The notes under the pieces are model-generated. The model did no database searches, had not been told where the DNA came from, and saw only the letters and a program-made list of their open reading frames with translations. From Candidatus Levyibacteriota bacterium (GTDB lineage Bacteria > Patescibacteriota > Microgenomatia > Levybacterales > GWA1-39-11), in assembly GCA_039738415.1 (NCBI GenBank), contig JBCLLY010000005.1:4306-68305 (forward strand): a stretch of 64,000 nt of DNA, written 5' to 3'. Numbering within the stretch: the first letter of the stretch is position 1; each line of letters begins with the position of its first letter. Positions 34,313-43,676 of the stretch are shown piece after piece. The position numbers were made by a program, and so were the translations under genes.

Positions 34313-34316
34313 AATT

Positions 34317-34478
34317 ATGAATGATTGTGATAAATGCTACAGAATAATTTGCAGAAGTTGCCAGTGGGAAGCAGTGGATGCTGATGTTATTGCTATTAAA
34401 ATTGGAAGTCTGACAAATTGTCCCAATTGCGGATGGAAGCCGGGGGAATTAATAGGGAATGAGGCTAAAACTACATAG
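34317..34478 (+). CDS. small (53 aa) zinc-ribbon protein, tentative
   Basis: MNDCDKCYRIICRSCQWE...TNCPNCGWKPG contains CxxC pairs. This is the non-overlapping distal part of track ORF 34143-34478. Confidence 0.35.
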   Translation: MNDCDKCYRIICRSCQWEAVDADVIAIKIGSLTNCPNCGWKPGELIGNEAKTT

Positions 34479-34599
34479 AGAGCTTATAGTAGCAATGAGG
34501 ATTTGTGGATAACGTGCGGACAATTAAAAACCATAGACCTAGAGTTTGACTTCAAGATATATTTTACAAACTGTTGGCAATACGCAATATAATAAAAGG

Positions 34600-35310
34600 G
34601 TGATTGAATTTATTCTTTCTATTTTTTACCCAAAAAGATGTGTTAATTGTAAAGCTTTTGGGAGATACATTTGTGATAACTGCTTCGTATGGATTAGGTA
34701 TCTGGATTTTTCTAAATGCATAGAGTGTATGAAGCCCTCTGTCAGTAGCCTAGTTCATAATAAGTGTAGGAAGCGTTACGGTATGGATGGTGTATTTGTA
34801 GCTGTAGAGTACAGAACGGTTATTAAAAAAGCCATATATTTATTCAAATATGAGCCCTATATTTTTGGTCTAAGTGATATATTTTCGAGGTTAATGTACG
34901 AGTCTTTTATTCAAAATGAAATACTTCAAAATATACTTATCGCATCCGATAATGTGTGGATAACTTGTGTACCCCTACATGAAAAGCGCTTAAAAAGACG
35001 CGGATATAACCAGAGTGCATTATTAGGAGAGAAATTATCAGAGAAAATGGAGCTAAGATTTAACAAGAATTTACTAATAAGAAATAGAGATACGATACCT
35101 CAATTTAAGCTCAAAAAAGAGCAGAGGGCAAAAAATATATCCGGTGCTTTTGAGGTAAATAAAAAATTTGCGGGGAAAATGCATGGCAAAACGATATTTT
35201 TAGTAGATGATGTTTTCACATCAGGCTCAACCTTGCGTGAATGTGGAAAAGTCCTCAAAAAATCAGGCGCAAAAGCTGTATATGCCCTAGTTCTTTCTAT
35301 GGAGCAGTAG
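34600..35310 (+). CDS. comF: ComF-family protein (phosphoribosyltransferase domain)
   Basis: N-terminal Cys clusters (FYPKRCVNCKAFGRYICDNC) and a PRTase motif (IFLVDDVFTSGSTLREC). The start is uncertain: GTG 34600 is preferred over TTG 34546. Confidence 0.72.
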   Translation: MIEFILSIFYPKRCVNCKAFGRYICDNCFVWIRYLDFSKCIECMKPSVSSLVHNKCRKRYGMDGVFVAVEYRTVIKKAIYLFKYEPYIFGLSDIFSRLMYESFIQNEILQNILIASDNVWITCVPLHEKRLKRRGYNQSALLGEKLSEKMELRFNKNLLIRNRDTIPQFKLKKEQRAKNISGAFEVNKKFAGKMHGKTIFLVDDVFTSGSTLRECGKVLKKSGAKAVYALVLSMEQ

Positions 35311-35491
35311 GAGTTTGATTCTACCTGCTTGATTCTATAGGCTTATTTTAGTATAATATTGCTACCTCTTTAAGCAAAATGCGAAAGTGTTTGCTAATCA
35401 AAATTATGAAATAATTTTGAAGAAGGAGGAGTCGACACAGACTGAAGCTTTGAGTTTACGAGAAGCGAAAGTCGTAGTCGAACTTAGACGC

Positions 35492-35510
35492 GGGGATGTA
35501 TTGATTCGAC
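35492..35510 (+). repeat. 19-nt duplicate of the tmRNA 5' end
   Basis: GGGGATGTATTGATTCGAC is identical to 35596-35614. The sequences diverge immediately afterwards. Confidence 0.9.
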
Positions 35511-35595
35511 CCCACTTCGCTGAAGCTACGAGGGGCGAGAATACAGTCTTTAGATAGTAAGATTTAAACTAACATTGGTTTGAGTTTTACCACCT

Positions 35596-35987
35596 GGGGA
35601 TGTATTGATTCGACAGGATTTGTACTTTAAAAACTGCAAGCCGACTTTGAATAATAGTCGTTAAACAGATTCAAAAACAAATGCTAAATTTAATTTTAGC
35701 GGCGTAAGGCAATTTTTTGCTGATCGCGTCCCAGCAGGTAATACTGTTGGATTCGCTCCAGCTTTTGCCTAAAAGCCTGTTCGTTTTCATTCGCTTCTAG
35801 CACGAGAAAACGGGCATAAACCTGCTAGAAAAACTTAATAGTGTACTGGTCGAACTATTTCGTAATAGACCTTTGTTTAGTTTTTCCTGTCAGTAAGGTT
35901 AGAACTAAACGAGAAAAATTTACTGACTAAGCTTGTAGATGTTTAAAAGGCTTATTTTGGACGTGGGAGCAATACCCACCATCTCCA
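35596..35987 (+). ncRNA. ssrA: tmRNA (ssrA), one-piece
   Basis: The 5' GGGGATG pairs with the 3' CATCTCC, followed by A. T-arm is GTGGG-AGCAATA-CCCAC. TTCGACAGG lies near the 5' end. The tag reading frame after UAGUC is GTT...TTA GCG GCG TAA (35660-35707), encoding VKQIQKQMLNLILAA*. smpB is adjacent. Confidence 0.8.
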
Positions 35988-36035
35988 CACTTCGCCCCTA
36001 TATATTGTTCGGGCTTTGCGTGGCACAGCCACAAA

Positions 36036-36488
36036 TTAGATTAACTCTTTGAGTTCGCGTTCTTGGACGCGCTCAATAGTGGCTCTTTTTGAGTCTTTTC
36101 TTTTTTCGTATTCCTTTTTACCTTTAGAAAGCGCAATCTCCAGTTTGAAGTTATTTTTACTTATAAACATTTTTATAGGAACTAAGGTGAAGTTTCCTGT
36201 TTCAAGCTTGCTTTTAAGCGCCTGAATTTCCTTTTTGTGAAGAAGAAGCTTTCTGCTCCTATCCTCTTGATAATTTTGTGTGCGGGAGAATTTATACGGA
36301 AATATTTTTGCATTAATTAACATCGCTTCACGGTTAACTATTTTTACATAGGCAGAATTAAGGTCGACGTGGCCTTGTCTGGCGGCTTTTACCTCCGAGC
36401 CAAGCAGGACGATGCCTGCCGTTATTTTTTCAACAATATTAAAGTTTCTTGGTGCAGTTTTATTAAATATTTTTACTTTAGATTCCAT
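36036..36488 (-). CDS. smpB: SsrA-binding protein SmpB
   Basis: Contains GIVLLGSEVKAARQG, RSRKLLLHKKEI, TLVPIKMF and LSKGKKEYEKR, which match conserved SmpB blocks. Confidence 0.9.
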   Translation of the reverse strand: MESKVKIFNKTAPRNFNIVEKITAGIVLLGSEVKAARQGHVDLNSAYVKIVNREAMLINAKIFPYKFSRTQNYQEDRSRKLLLHKKEIQALKSKLETGNFTLVPIKMFISKNNFKLEIALSKGKKEYEKRKDSKRATIERVQERELKELI

Positions 36489-36622
36489 ACCAGTTGTTAT
36501 TATAGCGCATTATATGGAGCAGAGGGGAGTAGTAACTGCTAATTTGAGGGTATAATCACTATAGAACATATCAAACCATATCAACATTTCACGGCAATGT
36601 GGATAACTTTTCACGGAAATAA

Positions 36623-38464
36623 TTATAGGTCGTAAGAATAAACCTGATCATCTACAACAACATAAGCTTTAGACTCATCAGAGTTAACTGTAAATGATTT
36701 CGCGCTTTGAAGTTCTAATGAATTAAATTGTTTACTAATAGCACCCTTAGTATCAAGTTGAATTATCCTCGCGTTATCTATGTCCAGAACATAAATGTTT
36801 GACAAATTTTCATTTGCATACAACAGGGCATTTTCAGATATTTTCACATCTTTTCCAAGCTTGAAATCATCGTTTCTTTCCCCACGTGTAAATTTTTCAA
36901 TTGAATCCTTATCTGTAAGTATATAAACAGAGCTATCTATTCCAAATGAAATAGGCTTTCCTGAAAGAGTTGGATTATTTGAAAAATATTTTGCACTTAG
37001 GTAAGATGCGCCGGAATATTTATTCATTAGGTCTCCCCTACTATTTAATAAATATATATTTGAACCAAAATATGAAATATCCAGGGCATCAGACGTGTCT
37101 TTTATAACCTCAATATTTTTACCGCTTTGTATAGTTATTCTTGTAACGTTATTACCCAGAAGATATATGTAGGTATCGTCACTTATAATTCTTTTTATAT
37201 TGGAGAGTTTAACCTCTTTCTCAGACTCAACTTTTCCGTCTTCGCTTATAATTGCATACCCGTTGCTTCCGGTAATAACTAAGTTCCCATCACTGAATGA
37301 AATATGGCTAATATTACTTAAAATCTTTGCGTCTGATGCTGTAAATATAATATTTCCCGCGACTTGACTACCACCACCCAATTCATCGCGGAGTGCTTTC
37401 AGCTCATTTAAGAGCTCGCTTAACTGTTTGTGCTCATTGGAGCCTTCTTTGAATTTGCCTAGATTATCTTCAAGGTTTGATATCGCTTGATTTACTTCTT
37501 CAAGCGCCCTACCCCGATTTAGGCTGGAAAGATTATTTGCATTCTCAAATTTTTCTGAAGAGAAGCTATAGACTGTCTGAAATTTTTTATCTGACACACG
37601 CTTTGAATCCATAATTTTTTCACCAAACAAGCTCCCTGCAATAAGAAGCAGGATAATGATCGCAAAAACGATAATTATTTTTTGCTTTTTGGGTATAGAT
37701 GAAAGTTTTTTTTGCAAAAACCCGAGCACATTTAAATTTAAGGGGCTTTTTGCAGGCTCCTCGTTTTCATTTACACCTTCAACTTCATAGCTTGTATACT
37801 CTTCTTCTATTTCCTGCCCAAAAGACTTATTCCCATAAGTCTCATCAATGTTTGGGACATCTGTGGGCAATTCTTTTTTGAGATTTTTGAAGTGGATAAT
37901 TATTGCAGCCTCCTGACCTTTTGAATCTTCGAGTATAAAAGGAGCCAGATCTTCAGCAAGTTTTGCGCCATTTTGACTGCCGGAATATTGGGCAAGCAGC
38001 TTGTTTGAGATTTTTTTATTAAAATCCTCTGTCTCTAAGATAATTATGTCGTTATGTTTGATACGGCCTGAGAATCCAACAATTTTGTTCTCCTCCCCCC
38101 TGGCCACTTCGGCAAGATTATTTTCTCTTTCTATAAGAACAACACCGGAGGAGGCTGTAACAATATACAAAACATCCTCTTTTATAGTGGCAACAATCGC
38201 AGAGTATTTAATTTCCTTATCAAGAGAAAGGAATACATTTTCAACCGCAGTCTTAATATCTGAAAGTTTTTTCTCGTCAAGCGCAAAAAACTCTCTTTGA
38301 ATTTGTTCTAATGTTTCTTTTCCCAGCGCAATAATCCCGCTTCTTTCTGTCTGTGAGAAAAGGCTTACTACAACATAAAGTTTGCCTGTAGAGCTTGCTT
38401 GAGACCAAGCGTTTTCATTTGGAGAGCCAACTATTTTTGAAACTAAAATATCATCGTTAATCAT
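36623..38464 (-). CDS. hypothetical single-pass membrane protein (PP2C-like N-domain?, C-terminal beta-propeller-like repeats)
   Basis: 613-aa ORF with a central TM segment (IIIVFAIIILLLIAGSLFG). The C-terminal half has repeated IYLL/VYIL/IYVL/AYVV blade-like motifs. Domain calls are tentative. Confidence 0.5.
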   Translation of the reverse strand: MINDDILVSKIVGSPNENAWSQASSTGKLYVVVSLFSQTERSGIIALGKETLEQIQREFFALDEKKLSDIKTAVENVFLSLDKEIKYSAIVATIKEDVLYIVTASSGVVLIERENNLAEVARGEENKIVGFSGRIKHNDIIILETEDFNKKISNKLLAQYSGSQNGAKLAEDLAPFILEDSKGQEAAIIIHFKNLKKELPTDVPNIDETYGNKSFGQEIEEEYTSYEVEGVNENEEPAKSPLNLNVLGFLQKKLSSIPKKQKIIIVFAIIILLLIAGSLFGEKIMDSKRVSDKKFQTVYSFSSEKFENANNLSSLNRGRALEEVNQAISNLEDNLGKFKEGSNEHKQLSELLNELKALRDELGGGSQVAGNIIFTASDAKILSNISHISFSDGNLVITGSNGYAIISEDGKVESEKEVKLSNIKRIISDDTYIYLLGNNVTRITIQSGKNIEVIKDTSDALDISYFGSNIYLLNSRGDLMNKYSGASYLSAKYFSNNPTLSGKPISFGIDSSVYILTDKDSIEKFTRGERNDDFKLGKDVKISENALLYANENLSNIYVLDIDNARIIQLDTKGAISKQFNSLELQSAKSFTVNSDESKAYVVVDDQVYSYDL

Positions 38465-38691
38465 AAAGTTAATAAAGTTAATAAGATTAAAGATATTGAT
38501 ATTGCGACGTTAATATATCCAATTGTTTTAAAAATCGGAGCAAAGCCTTCCTGAGTCATTATCCTATTATACGTTGTTATTTGAATTGAAAGTGCAACCG
38601 CAAAAAATCCGTAAAAAATAATAAGTGTTAATAGCACTAAAGATATAAATAAATCTTGCGAAAAAAATTGTAAAAATTCAGGGAATATCAT
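38461..38691 (-). CDS. small two-TM membrane protein
   Basis: 76-aa hydrophobic ORF, overlapping the downstream gene by 4 nt. Confidence 0.4.
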   Translation of the reverse strand: MIFPEFLQFFSQDLFISLVLLTLIIFYGFFAVALSIQITTYNRIMTQEGFAPIFKTIGYINVAISISLILLTLLTL

Positions 38692-38693
38692 AT

Positions 38694-39371
38694 TTAGTTT
38701 TTTCTTAGCATATCTCCTATTATTCTTGCAATATTTGCGGGCTGGGGTGCTTTGTCAAATTGAATATTTTGTTCGACACCAGCAGTTTGAATAAATACTT
38801 CTCCAAAATTAAACAGCGACGGGATAAGCCCTATTTGTTGATATTTTACGTCTTGAATTAGATTAATCCGGGTCTCAGAAACATCCTTAAGCAATATTCC
38901 GTGAATATCGATATCCTTAATTCTTTTGTTGGTAACAATTCCAATATGAAAGTACCATAAAGTAAATTTCATAAGCAAAAATCCAAAGACAACAAGATAA
39001 TAAAATAAAATAGTTATAAGAGTTTGTATGGGAGTAAAGGCGTGAATAGGAAGCGCATTAGTTACAAGCGGAAAAAGAAAGGGAGGTAGGAGTGCGAAAA
39101 AAGCACCAGATAAAATCCATGGAAGGTTAACAACAAAGCGCCTTCTAATTATAAGTATTATTTCCTCATCCGCCTCTTGGTCTAAGAACTTAATTCTTTT
39201 TGGATAATAATCAAAGGATGAATAAAAATGTGGGTTTGATTTATTAACGACCTTTTTTATTTGGGGTAAGGGATTTTCATTTTTTATACTCTCCTCCATG
39301 TCAGAAATAGAGCTTTTAGGCTCAGGATTACTATTTAGCTCAAATTCTCCAGAAAGAATATCTTCGGGCAT
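38694..39371 (-). CDS. membrane protein with bacterial PH-like (YdbS/YdbT-type) domain
   Basis: Two TM helices followed by GIVTNKRIKDIDIHGILLKDVSETRINLIQDV, a pattern typical of membrane-flanked bPH domains. Confidence 0.45.
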   Translation of the reverse strand: MPEDILSGEFELNSNPEPKSSISDMEESIKNENPLPQIKKVVNKSNPHFYSSFDYYPKRIKFLDQEADEEIILIIRRRFVVNLPWILSGAFFALLPPFLFPLVTNALPIHAFTPIQTLITILFYYLVVFGFLLMKFTLWYFHIGIVTNKRIKDIDIHGILLKDVSETRINLIQDVKYQQIGLIPSLFNFGEVFIQTAGVEQNIQFDKAPQPANIARIIGDMLRKN

Positions 39372-39420
39372 ATAATAGATTATAGCAAATATATGGTGCT
39401 TAAATTAACTTTTTATGAGA

Positions 39421-41142
39421 TTATTTTTTCTCGATGTTAAAAAAGGCAAATGAGCTTTGGGGAATAGAGAGATATCCAGGTGCTCTTAAGTTAAACGTTT
39501 CCTTAAACTCGCTTCCCGGAACATCAACCGTCCCTCTGTTAGTCTGAAAGGAGACATTAGTCGTTTGCCCGCTGTTGTTGTTTGACGTTGAGACAGATGA
39601 AATAGAGGTAACCGCACCCCCTGACCCGTTTGCCTTGTCGCGCAACTCACTCATCGAGTAAGGCTCACCCGAAACCCCGCTTATAGCGCACGAATTAATA
39701 GTTACAGGAATAATTCGATTTGTATCTGCCCCGTTGGGGTTTTTTCGAACCAACCAGGCGTTAATAATATCGGACATTTCCTCACCTGATAGCCATGGAT
39801 GTGCTCTTCCGCAGCTGTTGCCTGAATTTGTATACCCTTGCCTGTACCACCCCTTATAAAACCACGGGGACCCGGCTTGGCTCTCATAGGCTCTTGACGT
39901 CCAGTCACCACTATTTGACTTGTCCGTTGTGTCCCACCCGCTAGTATTGATATACCCACCTGTCGTTGATGAATATTGAGAAGATACGTCTCCGTCAATT
40001 ATTTCCTTATTAGTATCGTCAACCGCCTGTTTCCAAGGACCTGGAGGGCTGTCAGACTTGCTTTTCAAAAAGACCTGGCAGGCCTCTGTTGTACAAATTG
40101 GTTTTCCTGCGCGATTGGCGTACGTTCTTGCGGCAACTGCTTGTGCCTTTAAAGCCTCTATTGGCCAGTCAGATGGCATTTCAGCAATTCCGTATAGGTA
40201 CGTTTGAAAGTCCATCGTCCCATACCCTTGAACGTCAATTGTTGATGCCATTCCATCGTCTTTGCGAACACCGTGGCCATAGTACCATTGAATAATTGCC
40301 TTGTAATCCTTACTTTCAGCGTGCTTTTTAGCCCCATACTGGCTCATTCCGTTGCGATGCGTGTACGCTCCGAAAGAGAACGCGGAAAAACTTCCTGAGG
40401 GGGCTTGGGACTTGAAAGCAATTGAAGCATTAAAGTCAGAGCCAATAGGAACTGACCCGACGCTTGTAATTGTGGTTCCTGAGCGGGCATTTATTATTTC
40501 GTTCTGTTTTGCGGAAAGCTCTGCAATCTGACCGCTTAGCCCTGACTGATAGTCTTTTGCTCCGAGAACAATCTTTTCTATTTCAGCTCTTTCTTTATCC
40601 AGTATAGTCTTTGCGTTTGCAAGAGTTTTTTCCTCGACTTCAAGTGTAGCTTCTCTTTGTTCTAAGTCCACAAGTTTTAGGGCGGTACTTATAATTTCAG
40701 ATTTATCGCGCTCAGTGTCTCTTTGCTGATAAGTCAAAAATTTTATAAATTCTGCTGGGTCTGTGCTTGAGAAAAACAGCAATAAAGGCGAAAGTGAGTA
40801 AGTTTTTATGTATGAGTTTTTGACAATTAAATTAAAATTAGTCTGTTTCTCTCCTAGCTCTAAATAACCTTTAGCTATATTTTCGCGTTTAACTGTCAAG
40901 TCATTCTCAATAGTTCTTACCCGTGTTTCAATACTATTAAGACGGGTTGTAAGATTATTGAGCTGGGATTCGAGCGGAACGGTTGCTTTTTTTGAAGCCT
41001 CTAAAGCCTGTTGCAGCTCTGCAATTTCCTTTGTTATATTATCAAGCTCGTCAGCGTTTGCAAGGCTATGAACATAGAATGTGGAAATTGCTAGTGCAAA
41101 AATTAGTACAAAAAACACTAACAGCCTTTTCATATTACTCAA
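39421..41142 (-). CDS. SpoIID/LytB-domain peptidoglycan-remodelling protein with N-terminal coiled coil
   Basis: Signal peptide, a long coiled-coil region, and a SpoIID-type block (GIAEMPSDWPIEALKAQAVAARTYA). Confidence 0.72.
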   Translation of the reverse strand: MSNMKRLLVFFVLIFALAISTFYVHSLANADELDNITKEIAELQQALEASKKATVPLESQLNNLTTRLNSIETRVRTIENDLTVKRENIAKGYLELGEKQTNFNLIVKNSYIKTYSLSPLLLFFSSTDPAEFIKFLTYQQRDTERDKSEIISTALKLVDLEQREATLEVEEKTLANAKTILDKERAEIEKIVLGAKDYQSGLSGQIAELSAKQNEIINARSGTTITSVGSVPIGSDFNASIAFKSQAPSGSFSAFSFGAYTHRNGMSQYGAKKHAESKDYKAIIQWYYGHGVRKDDGMASTIDVQGYGTMDFQTYLYGIAEMPSDWPIEALKAQAVAARTYANRAGKPICTTEACQVFLKSKSDSPPGPWKQAVDDTNKEIIDGDVSSQYSSTTGGYINTSGWDTTDKSNSGDWTSRAYESQAGSPWFYKGWYRQGYTNSGNSCGRAHPWLSGEEMSDIINAWLVRKNPNGADTNRIIPVTINSCAISGVSGEPYSMSELRDKANGSGGAVTSISSVSTSNNNSGQTTNVSFQTNRGTVDVPGSEFKETFNLRAPGYLSIPQSSFAFFNIEKK

Positions 41143-41175
41143 TTATAACAGGATGATAAAATCTTTAGTGGGTAG

Positions 41176-41247
41176 TGGGCATGCTTGGAATTGGACCAAG
41201 GACATCCACTTTATAAGAGTGGCGCTCTACCCCTGAGCTACATGCCC
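41176..41247 (-). tRNA. tRNA-Ile, anticodon UAU
   Basis: A hand-folded 72-nt cloverleaf. Acceptor GGGCATG/CATGCCC plus A. D arm GCTC-AGGGGTA-GAGC. Anticodon arm CCACT-CTTATAA-AGTGG. T arm CTTGG-TCCAATT-CCAAG. No encoded CCA. Confidence 0.8.
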
Positions 41248-41288
41248 AAAATAAGTTTTATTACGTTGTTTATTATAACAAAGTTTTT

Positions 41289-43673
41289 TTATCTTCTAGG
41301 TAGAGCCGGAATACCTCCCGTTGGAGGCGGAATAGATAAATCCGAGCGGGAATTGATTTCCTCCTCGACAATTTCACGTGAGCGTCCATATCTCAAACGT
41401 GACAGTTCCTTTATTAGCTCTGCAACTTTTGGATTTTCGGTTCTTTTTTCTGCTTCAATATCACGCGTTAAGTCCATAGAAAATGGAGTTGTCGGTTCTC
41501 CATCGACTAGTGTTTTAACATAAGCGTGGTAGCGTTCGATATTTATAAGGTCAGCTTCTGAAAACGTGGGCTGGAATTCATGTTGGAGATAATTTGCGTC
41601 ACTTACTCCTACTCTAAAGGATGCTATTGTTCCTACATTTCCAAATATTGCATTCTTTACTTCCTCGTCAATTTGACCTATAAATTGATTTGCAACAGTA
41701 AGATTTAATCTATACTTTCTTGCCTCTGATAAAATTTGAGCAAAGTCGGGAGTTGCAAAATTTTGAAACTCATCAACGTATAAGAAAAAGTCCCGTCTTT
41801 TTTCCTGTGGGATGTCTTGTCTACTCATTGCAGCAACTAAAATTCTAGGAATCATAAGAAGCCCTAAGAAACTCGAGTTTTCCTCACCTATTTTCCCTTT
41901 TGCAAGAGAGATTAGAAGAATTTTTCCCTCATCCATAACAGTTCTGAAATCAAAAGAGCTTTTGCTCTGTCCTATCATATTTCTCATCATTTTGTTCGTT
42001 ACAAACCTTCCAAATTTTGAAACGATATAACCCAAAACTTCTGATTTATGGAAATCATTTGTCTGTGCGATTTCATCTGTCCAATAGCGTCTGACTATTG
42101 GGTCTTCAACTTTTGGTAAAAGTCTTTGAACGTAATTTTGATCAGTTAGTACGCGGACCAACTCTACAAATGTAGTTCCGGGCTCACTCATGACAGTTAG
42201 CATCGCATTTCTGACCGCATGCTCAAAGCGGGGTCCGATAATTCCGGTTCTCTGAGGATCGTAAAGTTTGTAAAACAAATTAATAAGAGAAGCGGTTACA
42301 AGGTGCTTCTGATCCTCAGTCTTTGCATCAAGCATGTTTATACCCATAGGGCGCTCTGTATCCGAAGGGTCAAAAAGAATTACGTCTTCAATGCGCTCTG
42401 GCGGGATAAGAGGTAAAATTTGCTCAATTGTATCGTGCGGATCGATAAAACAAACCCCCTCACCATTTCGTATGTCTTGCAGGATCATGTCTTTTAGAAA
42501 TTCTGATTTTCCTACACCAGTTTTTCCGACGATGTACATATGGCGTCTTCTGTCATCGCGTCCGATATAGACCTTTTTTTCCTGACTTCGGTAAATACTT
42601 TTCCCTAAATATAATCCTGATGTTGGAATTTTGGCTGGAGCTGGTGCAGTTCGGGCTGCAAGCCAGTTGATATGCGGATTTTCTATAGCTTTATTAGGGA
42701 AATGAAAAATGGTAGCCAGCTCCTCAGAATTTAGAATAGACCCCTTTTTAAGAAGAGGTACATGCCGATAGATAAAATCAACCATCATCATTCCTTTATA
42801 AAAAGCGGGAGTGTACTTAGTGAGAGAATTGAAAGAAGAAAATTGCGTAAATGCTCCAACAATGTTTGAAAGATGGGCATCAGCTGCTTCCTTACTGGAG
42901 GATACTGTAACGACTCTAATATAGGTGCTAAATCCGGGTTTTGAAATTTTATTTTCAATTCCCTCAAGCTCCTTTTGATCAATTGAATAGCTTGCGGTTT
43001 CAGGATCTGCTTCTGATTTTTTTTCACTTGAAATATGAGAGCGTCCAGACCTACTCCATTTAGAGCCTGATGGAGAAATTAGTATCTGGATTGCTGCAGA
43101 TTCCCCCTCCTGCATTTTTCCTAATGTGCTTACGATAGTTGCAAGCGGATCTACAGGTAAGTCTTTGTAAAATTTAATAGGGAGATAGTCAGATTTTTTG
43201 AGATGAAGGCTAGTGAACGCGACTTTTCCGTTTTCCGTGTCAAACATATTGTAGTCTTCAACTTCCTGGATGTGCGCGTCAGGATAAGCTCCATTTATTT
43301 GTTTTTCGACCATATCCTGAAGCTTTTTAGAAACTCCAACGTAAAATCTTATATCGCCTGCTTTTGCAACTATTTCAAATGTGAGACTGTCCGGTACTTT
43401 AGAAAAACTTAATAATCCTTCCGATTTTGAAAGGGACGCAAAGCTTGAGAATAATTGTTCTGCCGCATCAATTTTTATTTCGTTGTCCCGGGGAAGTTTT
43501 ACCTCCATAAGAACTGACTCAAGCGATCTTTTGTGACGGTCGCGTGCACGGAACCAAATTCCGGACAAGACTACAGACAACACACCACCTCCGACGATAA
43601 GCGAGGAAATAAATATTCCAATTATTAGCGTTTGAATTAGTTGTAAGATACCGGACGTATTTAAAATTTCCAT
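41289..43673 (-). CDS. VirD4/TraD-like type IV coupling ATPase (T4CP-like)
   Basis: N-terminal TM hairpin. Walker A YIVGKTGVGKSE and Walker B FFLYVDEFQNF. The 794-aa size and architecture are typical of T4CP/TraD-family ATPases. Confidence 0.68.
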   Translation of the reverse strand: MEILNTSGILQLIQTLIIGIFISSLIVGGGVLSVVLSGIWFRARDRHKRSLESVLMEVKLPRDNEIKIDAAEQLFSSFASLSKSEGLLSFSKVPDSLTFEIVAKAGDIRFYVGVSKKLQDMVEKQINGAYPDAHIQEVEDYNMFDTENGKVAFTSLHLKKSDYLPIKFYKDLPVDPLATIVSTLGKMQEGESAAIQILISPSGSKWSRSGRSHISSEKKSEADPETASYSIDQKELEGIENKISKPGFSTYIRVVTVSSSKEAADAHLSNIVGAFTQFSSFNSLTKYTPAFYKGMMMVDFIYRHVPLLKKGSILNSEELATIFHFPNKAIENPHINWLAARTAPAPAKIPTSGLYLGKSIYRSQEKKVYIGRDDRRRHMYIVGKTGVGKSEFLKDMILQDIRNGEGVCFIDPHDTIEQILPLIPPERIEDVILFDPSDTERPMGINMLDAKTEDQKHLVTASLINLFYKLYDPQRTGIIGPRFEHAVRNAMLTVMSEPGTTFVELVRVLTDQNYVQRLLPKVEDPIVRRYWTDEIAQTNDFHKSEVLGYIVSKFGRFVTNKMMRNMIGQSKSSFDFRTVMDEGKILLISLAKGKIGEENSSFLGLLMIPRILVAAMSRQDIPQEKRRDFFLYVDEFQNFATPDFAQILSEARKYRLNLTVANQFIGQIDEEVKNAIFGNVGTIASFRVGVSDANYLQHEFQPTFSEADLINIERYHAYVKTLVDGEPTTPFSMDLTRDIEAEKRTENPKVAELIKELSRLRYGRSREIVEEEINSRSDLSIPPPTGGIPALPRR

Positions 43674-43676
43674 ATT

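Noticed and set aside
34143-34316. The 5' part of track ORF 34143-34478
   Set aside because: It overlaps the 3' end of the 371-aa gene in another frame and translates to basic low-complexity sequence. Only the distal 53-aa zinc-ribbon part was kept, at low confidence.
35360-35987. Two-piece (circularly permuted) or intron-containing tmRNA, suggested by the duplicated 5' end
   Set aside because: The copy at 35596 pairs with the 3' acceptor strand at 35980-35986 to give a normal one-piece gene of about 392 nt, with the tag ORF in between. The upstream copy lacks the continuation of the tRNA-like domain.
41185-41523. 112-aa plus-strand ORF
   Set aside because: It overlaps the tRNA-Ile gene and the 3' end of the T4CP-like gene. 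No motif was recognised.
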